Positions 39,560 through 51,263 are shown, numbered from the stretch's first letter. The stretch is DNA of 64,000 bases from Vicinamibacteria bacterium (GCA_964291235.2 OZ219816.1:320001-384000); one strand, 5' to 3'. Notes: generated by a model not told the origin, from the sequence alone. Translations and numbers: made by a program.

Positions 39560-40513
39560 TCAGTAGCGGATCTTCAGGTAGAAGGCGAGCGCCGCGTAGG
39601 AGACGCTCTCCTCGGTCCGGATGCGGAAGGTCACCGGCTCGCTGCCATCGAGACGGAGCTGCGACGCGTGGCTGCGGAGCCGCTCCCAGTCGGTTTCGTC
39701 CTCGAAGGAGTCCGAACGGACGTAGCGCGCCTGAAGGCCGACCGACGCCGCGTCGGAGACCTTCCAATCGGCGCCGGCAAGGGCCTGAAACCCCGACAGG
39801 CGATCGCTCAGTTCACCCTGCTTGCTGGAGGTCGTCCCGGCCAGGTTCCGGCGAACTTCGTCCTCGTTCGGGAGGCCGGCCGCGGTGGCGATCTTCGCCG
39901 GATCGGAGTTCCGCACCCAGAGATCGCCGTAGTCGAGTTCGGTCCAGGACAGCCCGGCGCCGACCCCGACGAAGGGCGTGACCGCTCCCTCGACCGGCAG
40001 GTCGAAGACGAAGTTCAAGAAGATGTTCCGCGACGAGACGCTGCCGATCCGGTCTTCTGCGCGCACGATCTCGCCCTCCAGCTTGCCGGCGGTGTCGCCG
40101 GTGGCGCTCGCCACCGGCGAGGTCTGGTCGTACTCGGATTCGCGGTGGAACGTCTCCACTTCCATGCGGAGCCAGTCTGTGACCCGGTGACCGACCGCCA
40201 GACCGGCAAGAACGCCGCTGGCCGAATCAAAGGCGGTCTGCCAGCCCGCGGACGAGCCCCGGTCCGGATCCGTGCAGCCCGGTATTTCGGCGTAGCGCGG
40301 GTTGATGAACTCGTCACAGCGGCTCGCCCGGTCGTTGCTCTTCCCGAGCAGGGTGACGGAGCCGGCGCGGTTCGCCCCGAGGTCCGCACGCAGGTAGAAC
40401 CCGGACCGTTTCTCCTCGGCAGGGGCGCCGGGGACGGCGACGAGGAGGAGCGCGGCCGCCAGGGCGGCGCCGATGCGGACTGCCGCGCAGCCCATCAGGA
40501 AGACCCTATCCAT
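39560..40513 (-). CDS. Outer-membrane beta-barrel protein (OmpA-like/Msp4-type)
   Basis: Signal peptide, GFYL, RMEVE, TPFVGVGAG, C-terminal aromatic (IRY). Confidence 0.7.
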   Translation of the reverse strand: MDRVFLMGCAAVRIGAALAAALLLVAVPGAPAEEKRSGFYLRADLGANRAGSVTLLGKSNDRASRCDEFINPRYAEIPGCTDPDRGSSAGWQTAFDSASGVLAGLAVGHRVTDWLRMEVETFHRESEYDQTSPVASATGDTAGKLEGEIVRAEDRIGSVSSRNIFLNFVFDLPVEGAVTPFVGVGAGLSWTELDYGDLWVRNSDPAKIATAAGLPNEDEVRRNLAGTTSSKQGELSDRLSGFQALAGADWKVSDAASVGLQARYVRSDSFEDETDWERLRSHASQLRLDGSEPVTFRIRTEESVSYAALAFYLKIRY

Positions 40514-40582
40514 GCGCGTTAGCGTAATCCCGCCAGCGGACGGGCCGCCGGTTCCGATGCGGACGGTGTCCGCGTCCCAGGT

Positions 40583-41422
40583 TCAGCGGATCAGTTCGAA
40601 ATCGGGGGCCTCGGCCACTACTCCGGCCCGTTCGGCCATAGAAAAAAGCACCCTGAGAGCCGCCTCCCCGGAGTCCCCCATGTCGCGGGTCAGCACGGAG
40701 ACGTACATCTTGACGAACTTCCGGCCCAACTCGCGTTCGAGGCCGCGGCCGAAGAGCAGGGCGTAGTCGAGGGCCTCGTCCTCGTTGGCGTAGGCCCAGT
40801 CGATGCTGGCCCGCATCGCCCGGTTGATCTCGACCGCCAGGTCCCGTCCCAGATCGCGCCGGACCACATCGAGTCCGAGCGGGAGCGGCAGCCCGTGCTC
40901 CTCCTCGAACCGGACGCCGAAATCCGAGAGCAGGTGGAATCCGCGCGCCCCGTAGGTCAGTTGGCCTTCGTGAATGACGACTCCCGCCTCGGCCCGACCC
41001 TCTTCGACGGCTTCGAAGATCTGGTCGAAGGGCACGATGACCGGCTCGAACTCCCCGATGTAGCAGCGGGCGAGAAGCGCCGCGGTGGTTCGGGGGCCGG
41101 GGATGGCGACCCGGCGTCCGGCGAGGTCTTCCAGGTTCCCGGCTTTGCGGCTCACCACCACGGGGCCGTACCCCTCTCCCATGCTCGCTCCGGTCGCCAT
41201 GATCCAGTAGCGATCCGCCACCGAGAGATAGGCGTGTGCGGAGATCGCAGTGATCGGCAGCTCGCCGGCAAGCGCCCGGTCGTTCAGGCTCTCGATGTCC
41301 TCGAGGACATGTTCCACCTGGTAGTCGCGGATGCGTACCGCGCCCTTCGCGAGGGCGCAGAACATGAAGGCGTCATCGGGGTCGGGGCTGTGCCCGACGC
41401 GCAGGATGGGTGATGGGGTCAC
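40583..41422 (-). CDS. mqnD: MqnA/MqnD family menaquinone (futalosine) biosynthesis protein
   Basis: GHSPDPDDAFMF, GASMGEGYGP, IHEGQLTY, PLPLG. Confidence 0.85.
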   Translation of the reverse strand: MTPSPILRVGHSPDPDDAFMFCALAKGAVRIRDYQVEHVLEDIESLNDRALAGELPITAISAHAYLSVADRYWIMATGASMGEGYGPVVVSRKAGNLEDLAGRRVAIPGPRTTAALLARCYIGEFEPVIVPFDQIFEAVEEGRAEAGVVIHEGQLTYGARGFHLLSDFGVRFEEEHGLPLPLGLDVVRRDLGRDLAVEINRAMRASIDWAYANEDEALDYALLFGRGLERELGRKFVKMYVSVLTRDMGDSGEAALRVLFSMAERAGVVAEAPDFELIR

Positions 41423-41536
41423 GGGTCTATTCCTTTCGTTGGTGCGGAGGGTTGGGCGGAAGTATGGCCTCGTCCGTGCGCCGTACCGTGACGCAAGGTC
41501 CGGATTTTCGAAGACCCCGTTCCACGACGATTGGCG

Positions 41537-42184
41537 TCACGCGTTTCGCTCGCCGGCGGCGAGCGATGCCGGCCTCGAGGCCGGCGCGCCCAGGCGAGCG
41601 ACGGCCCGGTCCACCTCCTCGGCGCCCCAATCCATCGGCAGCACGAGGTCGGCAACCAGCGCGGCCCCGGCGAGGTAGCGCCGCTGCGCCGGGATCACCA
41701 TCGTCTCGAACCGCTCCCGCACCTCGGACGCCGAATAGCAGCGTTCGGCGCCATCCCTCCCGATGCGCCGAGCGAGCAACGCGTCGAGATCCCCCTCCAG
41801 AAGAATCCGGAGGTCCGCCGCCTCCCGGACCCGCCCGTCCCAAAGCGCGAGGACCCCTTCGGCGATCACCAACCGCGTCGGGCCGAGCGACCCGGCCGTG
41901 CGGCGCGCCCCGGTCCCGAAGTCATAGACGAACCGGGGCACTGACCCGCCGGAACGGAGCGTCTCCAGATGTCGGACGAACGCATCGAGGTCGTAGGAAT
42001 CCGGTTCGTCGTAGTTCACCGCGACGCGCCGGCTTCGGGACAGGTGCGAGGTATCGCGGTAGTAGTCGTCCTGGGAAAGCACCACCGGCTGCCGGCCGGG
42101 GAGGCGTTCGGCCAGTGCGTGGGCGAAACGGGTCTTGCCCGTACAGGTCCAGCCCGCGACGGCCACCACTCGCACGTTCGACAC
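41537..42184 (-). CDS. udk: Uridine kinase family protein
   Basis: AGWTCTGKT, QDDYYRD, NYDEPDS, IAEG, RRIGRD. Confidence 0.8.
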   Translation of the reverse strand: MSNVRVVAVAGWTCTGKTRFAHALAERLPGRQPVVLSQDDYYRDTSHLSRSRRVAVNYDEPDSYDLDAFVRHLETLRSGGSVPRFVYDFGTGARRTAGSLGPTRLVIAEGVLALWDGRVREAADLRILLEGDLDALLARRIGRDGAERCYSASEVRERFETMVIPAQRRYLAGAALVADLVLPMDWGAEEVDRAVARLGAPASRPASLAAGERNA

Positions 42185-42193
42185 GTGGGAGGC

Positions 42194-43684
42194 TCAGGAT
42201 TCGGGGGGATCGGCGCCCAGCGCTCGCTCGAGCGCCGCCCGGGCCTCGCGAGCATCCGCCTTGCCGCGAAGTTCCCGCATCAGCAGACCCACGAAGAAGC
42301 CGATCACCTTCTTCTTCCCGGCCCGGTAGGCGTCCCGGTCCGCCGGATGCTCCGCAACCAGCCGCGCGGCGATGTCGTCCAGCCGGGAACCGCCCGCCAA
42401 CTTCGCGAATCCCAGTGCGGTCATGAGATCGCGGGCGCTCTTCCCGCTCTCGCAGATGGCGGCGAAGACTTCCCGCGCCGCGTTCCTCGGCAACTCCCCC
42501 GCCGCGAGCAGGTGCATCAGCTCGCCCAGCCGCTCGGGCGCCGCCGCCAGTTTTCCGTCCTGTTTTTCGCGGGACGCGACTTCGCTGGTGATCCAGCCCG
42601 CGGTCACCGGCGCGGCGTCCGCGAGGGCCGAACCCGCCGCCGTCGCCGCGGCCAGCGCCGCCTCGTAGTAGTCGGCCAGTTCCCGGCGCGCGGCAATCCG
42701 CTCGGCCTGGTCGGCGGCGATCCCGTGCTCGCTCCGATAGCGCGCCACCCGCGAATCCGGGAATTCGGGAAGCTGCCGGCGCGCGGCCTCGAGCAACCCC
42801 TCCGGGAGCCGCAGCGGAGGAAGGTCGGGATCGGGAAAGTACCGATAGTCCTCGGCTTCCTCCTTGCTCCGCATGGGCTCGGTGACGCCCCGCGCCTCAT
42901 CGTAAAGGCGTGTCTCCTGGACGACCGGCTGTCCGGCGGCCAGCAGGTCGCGGTGCCGTTTCTCCTCGTATTCGAGAGCCCGATGCAGAAACCGGAACGA
43001 GTTCAGGTTCTTCAGCTCCACTCTGACCCCGTAGCGCGGGGAGCCGCGCCGCCGGACGGAGATGTTACCGTCCATCCGGAGGTTTCCTTTCTCCATGTCC
43101 GCGTCGGACACGCCGCAATAGACAACCCGGCGCTTGAGCTCCCGGGCGTAGGCGCAGGCCTCGGCGGCCGAACGCATGTCCGGGTCGCTGACGATCTCGA
43201 TGAGAGGCACGCCGGCCCGGTTGAAATCCACGCCGCTGCGCTTGTCCGACCCCGGGAATCCGTCATGTACCAACTTGCCGGCGTCCTCCTCGATCTGGAT
43301 CCGATTGATCCCGACGGAACGGTCCACCGCCTCGGAATTCGGCCCCGCGTCCAGCCGCACGCGGACCGCCCCGTCGTCCGCAAGCGGAAACTCGTACTGC
43401 GTGATCTGGTAGCCCTTGGGAAGGTCGGGATAGAAGTAGTGCTTCCGTTCGAAGACGGACTCCTCGTTGATGTCGCAGTCCAGGGCGAGCCCGGCGAGGA
43501 CCGCGAGTTCCACCGCCCGGTGATTCGGAACCGGCAGGGCTCCGGGAAGGCCGTAGCACACCGGGCAAAGGTGGGTGTTCGGCGGCGAACCGAACTCGTT
43601 CCGGCAGCCGCAGAAGAGTTTCGTCCGGGTATCGAGCTGGACGTGCATCTCCAGCCCGATGACGGTTTCGAACGGATCGATCAC
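42194..43684 (-). CDS. gatB: Asp-tRNA(Asn)/Glu-tRNA(Gln) amidotransferase subunit B
   Basis: IGLEMHVQL, YPDLPKGYQITQ, EEDAGK, DYRYFPDPDL. Confidence 0.97.
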   Translation of the reverse strand: MIDPFETVIGLEMHVQLDTRTKLFCGCRNEFGSPPNTHLCPVCYGLPGALPVPNHRAVELAVLAGLALDCDINEESVFERKHYFYPDLPKGYQITQYEFPLADDGAVRVRLDAGPNSEAVDRSVGINRIQIEEDAGKLVHDGFPGSDKRSGVDFNRAGVPLIEIVSDPDMRSAAEACAYARELKRRVVYCGVSDADMEKGNLRMDGNISVRRRGSPRYGVRVELKNLNSFRFLHRALEYEEKRHRDLLAAGQPVVQETRLYDEARGVTEPMRSKEEAEDYRYFPDPDLPPLRLPEGLLEAARRQLPEFPDSRVARYRSEHGIAADQAERIAARRELADYYEAALAAATAAGSALADAAPVTAGWITSEVASREKQDGKLAAAPERLGELMHLLAAGELPRNAAREVFAAICESGKSARDLMTALGFAKLAGGSRLDDIAARLVAEHPADRDAYRAGKKKVIGFFVGLLMRELRGKADAREARAALERALGADPPES

Positions 43685-43737
43685 CGGACCAGCTTCGCGA
43701 ATCGGTTCAGGACACCCACCCCAGGCCCAAACCCACC

Positions 43738-45522
43738 CTAGTCGTACAAGGCTTCGATGAGGTCGGCGTAGCGCTCCGCCACCACCCGGCGCTTCACCTT
43801 CATGGTGGGCGTCAGCTCGCCGCTCTCGATGGAAAAGGCCGCCGTCACCACGGCGATCTTCTTGACTTGCTCGAAGGATGCGAGCCCTTCGCTCAGCCGG
43901 CTGATCTCGGACATCAGATGGGTCTGGACGCGTTCATCGCCGGCCATGGCCTCCGGGCCGTCGGCCGTGATTCCCTCACCCTCGCACCACCTCGCCAGCT
44001 GCTCGAAGTCCGGCGCCACCAGCGCCGACAGGTACGGCTTGCCGTCCCCGACCATCACCAGTTCGGCGATGTACACGCTCGACTTGAGGGTTCCTTCGAT
44101 CGGCTGCGGCGCGACGTTCTTGCCGCCGGCGGTGACCAGCAGATCCTTCTTCCGATCCGTGATGCGCAAGAAGCCGTCTTCGTCGAATGTTCCGACATCT
44201 CCGGTGTGGAACCAACCGTCCACGATCGCCTCGCCGGTCGCGGCGTCGTTGCCGAAGTAGCCCTTCATCACGTTGTGGCCACGACAGAGGATCTCGCCGT
44301 CGTCGGCAATCCGGACGTCCACTCCGTGAATGGGAATCCCGACGCTGCCGAACCGGAAGCGGTCCCGGCGGTTGACGGTGATGACCGGCGACGTCTCGGT
44401 GAGCCCGTAGCCCTCGATGACGACCCAGCCTGCCGCCAGGAAGAACTCCGCCACATCGCGGGGAAGCGCGGCGCCCCCCGAGACGAACAGTTGCATCTGC
44501 CCACCCATCCGGGCGTGCAGCTTGCTGAAGACCAGCTTCGTCGCGACCGCGTACTTGATTCGCAACCCGGCGGGAGGCGTCGTCCCGTCCTGGCGGTGCC
44601 GGCCCACCGCGTAGCCGACCGAGAACGCCCAGTTGAAGATCTTCTGCTTCAGCGGGCTTCCGGCGGCGGCCGACTCGAGAACCTTGTCCCGCATCTTCTC
44701 GTAGAAGCGCGGTACGCAGGCCATCACGGTGGGATGGACTTCGCCGATGTTCTCGACGAGGGTGTCCATGCTCTCGGCGATGGCGATGGTGACCCCGGCG
44801 TGGGGGTAGAGGTAGTGCGCCACCATGCGCGCGAACACGTGGCTATAGGGCAGCACCGAAATAGCCCGGTCCTCCGGGGAAAGGGTGAGCGCTTCGTGGG
44901 AGGCAACGGTGTTCTGGAGCAGGTTCTGCTGCGTGAGCATCACCCCCTTCGGGTTCCCGGTGGTTCCCGAGGTGTAGATGATGGTGGCCACGTCGTCCCC
45001 GGAAACCGCCGCCGCGAGCCGCTCCGCCACTCCCGAGTCCACCGCGCGGGAACTCTTCCCGGCGTCCACCACCACCGACCATGACTGGAATCCCGAGTCC
45101 TCCAGCGGCGAGTCCAGGGTAAAGACGATCTCCACATCCGGCAGCTCATCCTGAACGGCGCGGATCTTGGCCTGTTGCTCCGCGGAAGACGCCACCACCA
45201 CGCGCGCCCCCGAGTCCCGGATGATGTAGGCCGCCTGCTGGGCAGTCAGGGTCGGATAGATCGGGACCGTGACCGCACCCAGGATCTGGAGCCCGGCTTC
45301 GATCGTGAACCACTCGAGCCGGTTCTCGGAAAGCAGCACCACCCGGTCCCCTTTCCGGACACCGCGGATCGAGAGCCCCGTTGCGGCATCCCGGGCAGCG
45401 CTGAGCCAGCCGGCGGACGAAAGCTTCTTCCACCGTCCGTCCTCCTTGTAGAGGATGGCGTCATCCTTGTCGTGCCGGGCACAAGCGGCGGCAAAAAGCT
45501 GATTGAGAGTCTGCGCTTCCAT
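43738..45522 (-). CDS. Long-chain fatty acid--CoA ligase
   Basis: YTSGTTGNPKG, EGYGLTET, GWFHTGD, ELTPTMKVKR. Confidence 0.93.
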   Translation of the reverse strand: MEAQTLNQLFAAACARHDKDDAILYKEDGRWKKLSSAGWLSAARDAATGLSIRGVRKGDRVVLLSENRLEWFTIEAGLQILGAVTVPIYPTLTAQQAAYIIRDSGARVVVASSAEQQAKIRAVQDELPDVEIVFTLDSPLEDSGFQSWSVVVDAGKSSRAVDSGVAERLAAAVSGDDVATIIYTSGTTGNPKGVMLTQQNLLQNTVASHEALTLSPEDRAISVLPYSHVFARMVAHYLYPHAGVTIAIAESMDTLVENIGEVHPTVMACVPRFYEKMRDKVLESAAAGSPLKQKIFNWAFSVGYAVGRHRQDGTTPPAGLRIKYAVATKLVFSKLHARMGGQMQLFVSGGAALPRDVAEFFLAAGWVVIEGYGLTETSPVITVNRRDRFRFGSVGIPIHGVDVRIADDGEILCRGHNVMKGYFGNDAATGEAIVDGWFHTGDVGTFDEDGFLRITDRKKDLLVTAGGKNVAPQPIEGTLKSSVYIAELVMVGDGKPYLSALVAPDFEQLARWCEGEGITADGPEAMAGDERVQTHLMSEISRLSEGLASFEQVKKIAVVTAAFSIESGELTPTMKVKRRVVAERYADLIEALYD

Positions 45523-45574
45523 AGGACCCCTCCCGGCGACCATCTTATTCATCCGCCCCGGAACGCGCAGCCAC

Positions 45575-46315
45575 CCCGGCACGGGAACGCCGACCTCCAG
45601 TTCTCCGGGTGGGGGCCGGCACAGCCCCGCCCCAGGCCGCGGGACGGCCCCCCCCAGGGCGGGCGACGGGACGGCCCCACCGCCAGGATGGCGGCAGGGA
45701 TCCCCCCAGCCTCGGCGGCGCACAGGCAAGGGAACGCCGACCTCCAGGTCGGCACAGCCCGCCGAGGCGGGCGGCGGGACGGACCCTCCCCAGCACACAC
45801 GGCGGGCGACGGGACGGCCCCCCCACCGCCAGGATGGCTCCCCTCTCGGCAGGGATCCCCCCAGCCTCGGCGGCGCACAGGCAAGGGAACGCCGACCTCC
45901 AGGTCGGCACAGCCCGCCGCAGGCGGGCTGTGCCGGCCTGGAGGCCGGCGCTCCCTTGCCGACACGTCGCCGGAGCGATGGGGCTCTGCGCCTCCCGGGT
46001 GCCTCCGAACGGCGTCAACCCGGCACCGCCCCGCGAAGCGGTGCGGCAGGACGGACCCTCCCGAGCACACCCGGCGGGCGACCGCAACGGAACGCCGACC
46101 TCCAGGTCGGCACAGCCCGCCGCAGGCGGGCGGCGGGACGAACCCTCCCCGAGCACAGACGGCGGGCGACCGCAAGGGAACGCCGACCTCCAGGTCGGCA
46201 CAGCCCGCCGCAGGCGGGCGGCGGGACGGACCCTCCCCAGCACCGACGGCGGGCGACCGCAATGGAACGCCGATCTCCAGATCGGCACAGCCCCGCGAAG
46301 CGGGGCGGCGGGATG
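45575..46315 (+). repeat. Mosaic array of about 7 REP-like units, including an 81-bp palindrome
   Basis: GGAACGCCGACCTCCAGGTCGGCACAG cores near 45582 (degenerate), 45731, 45886, 46089, 46177 and 46264, plus an inverted core near 45930-45955. Confidence 0.9.
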
Positions 46316-46376
46316 ACCCCCGAACGCTTGAACTGGATCCGAAGCGCGCGAAGATTGCCGCCCCCCCTCCTCCCTC

Positions 46377-46979
46377 ATGTTCGAACTCGTCCTCCCCGTG
46401 GCCCTCTTCGCGGTCTCCATGTCCATCACGCCCGGACCCAACAACGTCATGGTCACCGCCTCGGGGGCCAACTTCGGGTACCGGCGGACGATTCCGCATC
46501 TGTTGGGAATCGGCCTCGGGTACCCGGCGATGGTCTGCGCGGTCGGGCTCGGTCTCGGCGGCATCTTCGAAGCCGTCCCCCCAAATCCATACCGGTCCTG
46601 AAGTACGTCGGCTCCGCCTACATCCTCTGGATGGCCTGGAAAATCGCGACCGCCAGCGGGCTCCGGCAGGCGGAGGAACGACCCGGGCGTCCCTTCACGT
46701 TCCTGCAGGCCGCCGGGTTTCAGTGGGTAAACCCCAAGGGCTGGGTGGTGGCGGTCGGCGCGATCAGTGCCTTCACGACCGTTCAGGGGGATCTCTTCTT
46801 CGAGGTGGGAGCGATCACCCTGATCTTCGCCTGCGTGAACTATCCCTGCGCCTCGGCATGGACCCTCTTCGGTGTCGGCATCGGGCGGCTGCTGCAGCGC
46901 GGGAACCGGCTCCTGGCCTTCAACGGCGCGATGGCCCTGCTGCTGGTCGCCCTCCATCGTGCCCCTCTTCGCCGGCTGA
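46377..46979 (+). CDS. LysE family translocator (three apparent 1-bp insertions in C/G runs)
   Basis: SITPGPNN...LKYVGSAYILWMAWKIA...FQWVNPKGW. Removing extra bases near 46580, 46594 and 46951 restores FEAVPQIHTVLK and ASIVPLFAG*. Confidence 0.85.
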
Positions 46980-47280
46980 CCTATGAATGCTCGGAATCGC
47001 GACGACCATCCGACCTCCTGGCGTTCCTCCCTCTCGCCCGGACGAACGTCGTCCACGCCGATGTCATCCGGCACTTCCCGTCGAGGCCGAAATCATCGGC
47101 CCGCACTGTGGCCACACCACGGCGGTTATTCGTGAGAACCACTGCCAAACCAGGCACGTACACTCCGTAACCACCTCTCGACTCCGCCCACTCCTTAGGT
47201 CTTCGTTTCCACGACCTTCGCGCATCAGTCCGCCGCGGAGGCCAAAGTAAACCTCTCCAATAGCACCCAACGAACACCCA

Positions 47281-50200
47281 GTGACCACGGCCGACAGAAG
47301 GACCGCGCAAAGGGCCCATTTCCGGCAATTGTGCCGCGTCCTCTGGCAGCAACCAACATCCCGCGCCGCACTAATGATCGGAGCAGGCTCTCAGCTGCAA
47401 CGCCCGTCCCATTAGACCCGGCGTCGGCAATTTCCCTAGTTGGCAACATCTCGGTCGAACTATTTCGGCCGAACTAAGTGCCAAGCATCCCGCTAACTCT
47501 CAGCCCTGTCATGACGATGACTCTGACGTCGACGTATTGCAACTCGCCGGATGAATACGAGGCACAGTTCGGCAGAGTTCCCCTTGAGAACCTCGTTCGG
47601 CGCACCATTCCCGATTCCCTTCATGAGCCGGGTGACCTGCATTCTCAACTTCTCCGCCTACCCTGGTCCGACGTCTTCACAACCAATTTCGACACCCTTC
47701 TAGAGAGAACCACACTTGCGTCGCGCATCTATCGCCCAGTCGTCAACTTTTGAACAGCTCACACACACTCCCTCTCCTCGAATAATCAAACTCCACGGCA
47801 CGCTGGCGGCGGGATCCCCTCTCATTCTGACCCGGGAGGACTACCGGACTTACTCCAAGGAGTTCGCCCCTTTCGTCAATACTGTACGGCAGTCTCTCCT
47901 CGAGAACTCGCTCGTCCTTATCGGCTTTTCTGCCAGCGATCCCAATTTCTTGGAGTGGATCGGTTGGATCCGTGATGAGCTGCGTGATCGCCACGCTCCG
48001 ATCTATTGGGTCGGCCTTTCTTCGTTCTCGGTTGCCCAGACGTTGCTCCTCCGGAACCGCGGAATCACAGTGCTTGACCTGCGAACATTGGCACCGGCGC
48101 TTCGCCGGTGCCGAACCCGCACGAAAGCCATCTGGCTTGGTTGTGTCGGAACCTCTCCCTTGCACGACCGCGATCTCCTCTCACTTGGCCCTTCACTGCA
48201 CAGGCCAAACACGCGACTTCGTCAACCGATAAGGACGTCACTCTCCCTGTCGATGAATCGGAGCTCCCTCCTGTTGACGATGAACTGACGACTTCGTGAC
48301 CCACTCAATGAGTCGGCAGCGCGCAACATTCTAGGCCGCTGGCGTTACGAGCGACAGACCTATCCAGGCTGGCTTGTTGCCCCGGTTTCGAAGCGGGATA
48401 CGATTGGCGCTCAACCGAACGCTCGATTGACCCCACTACTCCAGTACGCTAGGGAGCGCCCGGCAGACGAGCGCCTTGACATCCTTCTGGAGGTTAACTG
48501 GCGCCTAGATCTCGTGATGATGCCGTTGGATACGCGCTGGGTCTCCGCCTTTGAAGAGGCTCTTGACGCCTTTGCCGAGAAGGCTGATCCGCTAGCTCCT
48601 GCAGAAGCAACCATAGCTGGGTTCGAAATCGCGTTCGCACTACTGCGCTCGTACCGCGAGGACTACCGTGAAGAGCAGTGGACAAAGCTAAGCACCGTTC
48701 TCAGGTCCCGTGTTGCCGATCACACCCAGTTTGTCGGGCGGTTGCACTACGAAGCGACACTTTGGCACGTGTGGAACCTCAACAGACCCAGTGCCCACGA
48801 GGCCTTGGATGGCTGGGCACCACAACACCCGCAGGAATCTCTGTGGAAGGCAGGATTGCTGCTGGAACTAGAGCGCGCGGAGGATGCGCGAGCCCTAGTT
48901 CGTAGCGCAATCCAAGAAGTTCGGGACCTCCAAACAAGAGACGAGAGTCCCGATTTTCGATTGCTTTCTACGGAGGGTTGGGCCCTTTACCTACTCTCGC
49001 AGTGTGAATTTCAGATCGATTGGAAGGGCGCATTTCAGAAGCGTTCCGAATACTCCGCCCGGTGGGATGAGCTCAAGAAGTGGGACTGTAGCCCCTGGCC
49101 GAGTCTCGAGTACTTTGACGGCGTCATCTCTGAGACACCACCGAAGCAGACCACTGGACGGCACCGCCGACGCGCCTTCGATCCTTGGCGGCGCACGACG
49201 TCCGTTGTGCTGATGGGTCGCCCAATCGCCGCCTGGCTGCCAGCGCTCGCCTATACACGACTGTATGAGGTGGTAGGTCGTCCTATGCGCATTCCGTTCG
49301 GGCAGTACCGATCGAACACTCGTAAACGCGGTTCGTTGGTGGCGGACTTCACGGAATTCTGGTCCCCTTCTCTCCTCATGCGAGCAGGCGATTTGAAGGG
49401 ACTGACCGAGTCCGAATTACTGGACCGGATATCCGTAGCGACGACACCGCGCCGAACTTGTGGACCGACTAAGTCAGTGGTTGATGGACGCTCTAGATCG
49501 TGAAATACGGCCTGGCACCGGGAATGTTGGACTCAAGGAGCTCGATCCAGATTTTGTCGCCACTCTAATGGAGGCTCTGTCCCGTCTGACGATTAGGTTG
49601 CAGGACCACGTACTGCATCAGATGTTGGACAGGCTTCAGGTCCTGTATCAGCACACGGATCTACCTACTCACTCGGGACTTTTTCAAAGCACGAGAAGCT
49701 TGGCTGGAGCGCGTCTTTTCCGCTCTGTCCGACAAGGCGCTGTATCAGCTGCTTCCGAAAATCCTAAGATTTCCACTGGAAGATTCTGCACCGGACAAAC
49801 GGGAGGCAGCGTGGGATGGTCGGTTCTACGACATGCACAACTTCCCGGTGGACCGTATCGGTCGAGTGAAGAAGGAGGCGCGGAAATCTGATCAAATCGC
49901 TCGCTGCATCGACTGGCTTTTCGAGAGAACACGCGATTCCGACCTCGTTGCAACCAATGCCGCTACTGATCGGTTAATCGGCGTATTCGCGTCAGGAATG
50001 ATGCGCAAGAGGGACGTGCGGCGGCTAGAGGCGGCTATCTGGCATGGCACGGAGGAGAACTGGCGGAACGTCATTCTTCGGTTCCATCCCGCTTTCTTGT
50101 TCACGCTCCCCTCGCCCTAGTACGGTCAATTTGTCCTCCACGTTGAAGGCAATGGCCAGGTCGGATGCATCAGGAGCACCGGAGAACGGTATCGTGGTTG

Positions 50201-51054
50201 GAAGCCGTCCATTCCACAGGGCAGCGGCCGCATCTGCGCCGCCGTTCCGGTTACCCGAGGATTCATACGGAGAGATTGAGTGGTCGCGAGAGGAAGCTCT
50301 TGAGGTCTGGAAAGAGGCCCAGCGTTGGTGGGGGAGCGCACGCAAAATACCTCTCGGCGGATATGGGGGCGATGAGCTTTGGCGTAGCGGATGTCGAGGC
50401 AACGGTACGAGATATCGGGACGTTTGTTTGGAAAGCTGTGTTTCCCGTGCTGCACGAGAGCGACAAGGCAGAATGGGAGAGATTGATTCGTTTTCTTGAT
50501 TCCGCGCGGAAGTTAGGTGTGAGTCTCGCTACTGCCGAGATACACATGCTGTCATGGATGCCGGAGATGGAGAGCAGTGTTTCTGAAGCGATTGCAACGG
50601 CGCTTCATTCAGAGAACCCTGGGACTATCTCAGCTGCGTCTCGGTCGATCCGACACTGCGCGGGTTTGTACGAGAACGGCCATAGCGCATTTGCTCCAAA
50701 GGAGTTAGTCGAACTACTCGCGAGACGAGTCGCCTTTCGACAGCAGCCAGACTTGCTGGAGTGCATGGATGACTTGGCGTATGTCCTCCTTCATTTTCCT
50801 GTCGCGGTGAATCGCGACGTCATGAACCTACTTGTAGCTAGCCTGAAGTCATGGATTGCGTCACTTTGGCCTCTAGACGGTGGCGGGCGACGCGCCCGGA
50901 GCTGCAAGCGCTCTTGTGCCATCTTTCCGAAGCGATGGCAGTATGGTGGCAGGGGCAGTGCCCCGACGAGTCTCAACCGGACGAACTGGCTGAGATTCGC
51001 AAACTGTGCACAGACAGCCCTCTGCCTGAGGTTCGTCGTGCCGTGAAGAGTTAG
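47281..51054 (+). CDS. Large (~1250 aa) SIR2-domain protein, DSR-like anti-phage NADase candidate; many frameshifts (pseudogene or consensus errors)
   Basis: Joined frames give AALMIGAG.S..A..FPSWQHL, PWSDVFTTNFDTLLER, IIKLHGT, FVNTVRQSLLENSLVLIGFSASDPNFLEWIGWIRDEL, then a long helical region ending DSPLPEVRRAVKS*. Lower GC than flanks. Confidence 0.8.
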
Positions 51055-51263
51055 CGTGTCAGACCCTAGCCGGGCGAAGGGAAAGACAGCGACCTCCGCG
51101 ATCGCCACTCAGCCCGTGCCTCTTGGTGCGGTCAATATCGGACATCAGTGGGTTCCTCACCGCCGTGTTGGAACGCATGCCCGTTCTGAAAACCGGCGAA
51201 CCTGCCCCCGCGACTTCGCATCCCGTCAGCACCGCCCATCGTCTGCTAGGATGCTTCGCTCAT

